A stretch of 64,000 bases of DNA from Nitrospirota bacterium (GTDB lineage: Bacteria; Nitrospirota; UBA9217), in NCBI GenBank assembly GCA_963845065.1, contig CAWJQQ010000008.1:480001-544000 (forward strand), written 5' to 3'. Below are positions 64,000 through 64,000 of the stretch, one piece after another (position 1 is the first letter of the stretch; every line of letters starts with the position of its first letter). The position numbers and the translations under genes are program-made. The notes below the pieces were generated by a model. It had not been told where the DNA came from. It was given only the letters and a program-made list of their open reading frames with translations, and did not search any database.

Positions 64000-64000
64000 A

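Overview
Accessory-rich bacterial chromosomal region. Gene content (PilZ and two-CW proteins, many hybrid kinases, extH/extI) suggests an anaerobic Nitrospirota/Desulfobacterota-like host; this is inference only. From left to right: (i) 1-18 kb, signalling genes (two PilZ proteins, three hybrid histidine kinases, a cheY pseudogene, a heme-c/HAMP sensor operon) with a tnpB-only IS200/IS605 element and a 356-bp deletion derivative of it; (ii) 18-29 kb, a tandem array in which three tRNA-fMet copies (two decayed, one intact) punctuate paralogous Ser-linker lipoprotein genes, an IS1380-interrupted secreted protein and two DUF1566/Lcl genes; (iii) 29-34 kb, a RIT-like miniature element, an IS91 remnant and a complete tnpA-tnpB IS605 element; (iv) 34-46 kb, an ExtI-like porin and an ExtH-like rhodanese lipoprotein whose catalytic codon is an in-frame UGA (probable selenocysteine), embedded in a GT2/radical SAM/B12-radical SAM/FAD oxidoreductase/GT39 cluster; (v) 46-56 kb, decayed integron-cassette-like remnants and small metabolic and regulatory genes; (vi) 56-62 kb, an integrase + IS91-transposase element split at its catalytic HxLRH motif by an intact RIT element, then a heme-c sensor kinase. 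The best candidates for undescribed biology are the tRNA-punctuated lipoprotein array with its WDxxxWDxxxW / PNTF..NANF gene pair, the three-tier IS605 family with guide/target covariation, and the Sec-rhodanese locus. All family names come from motif recognition, not database searches.
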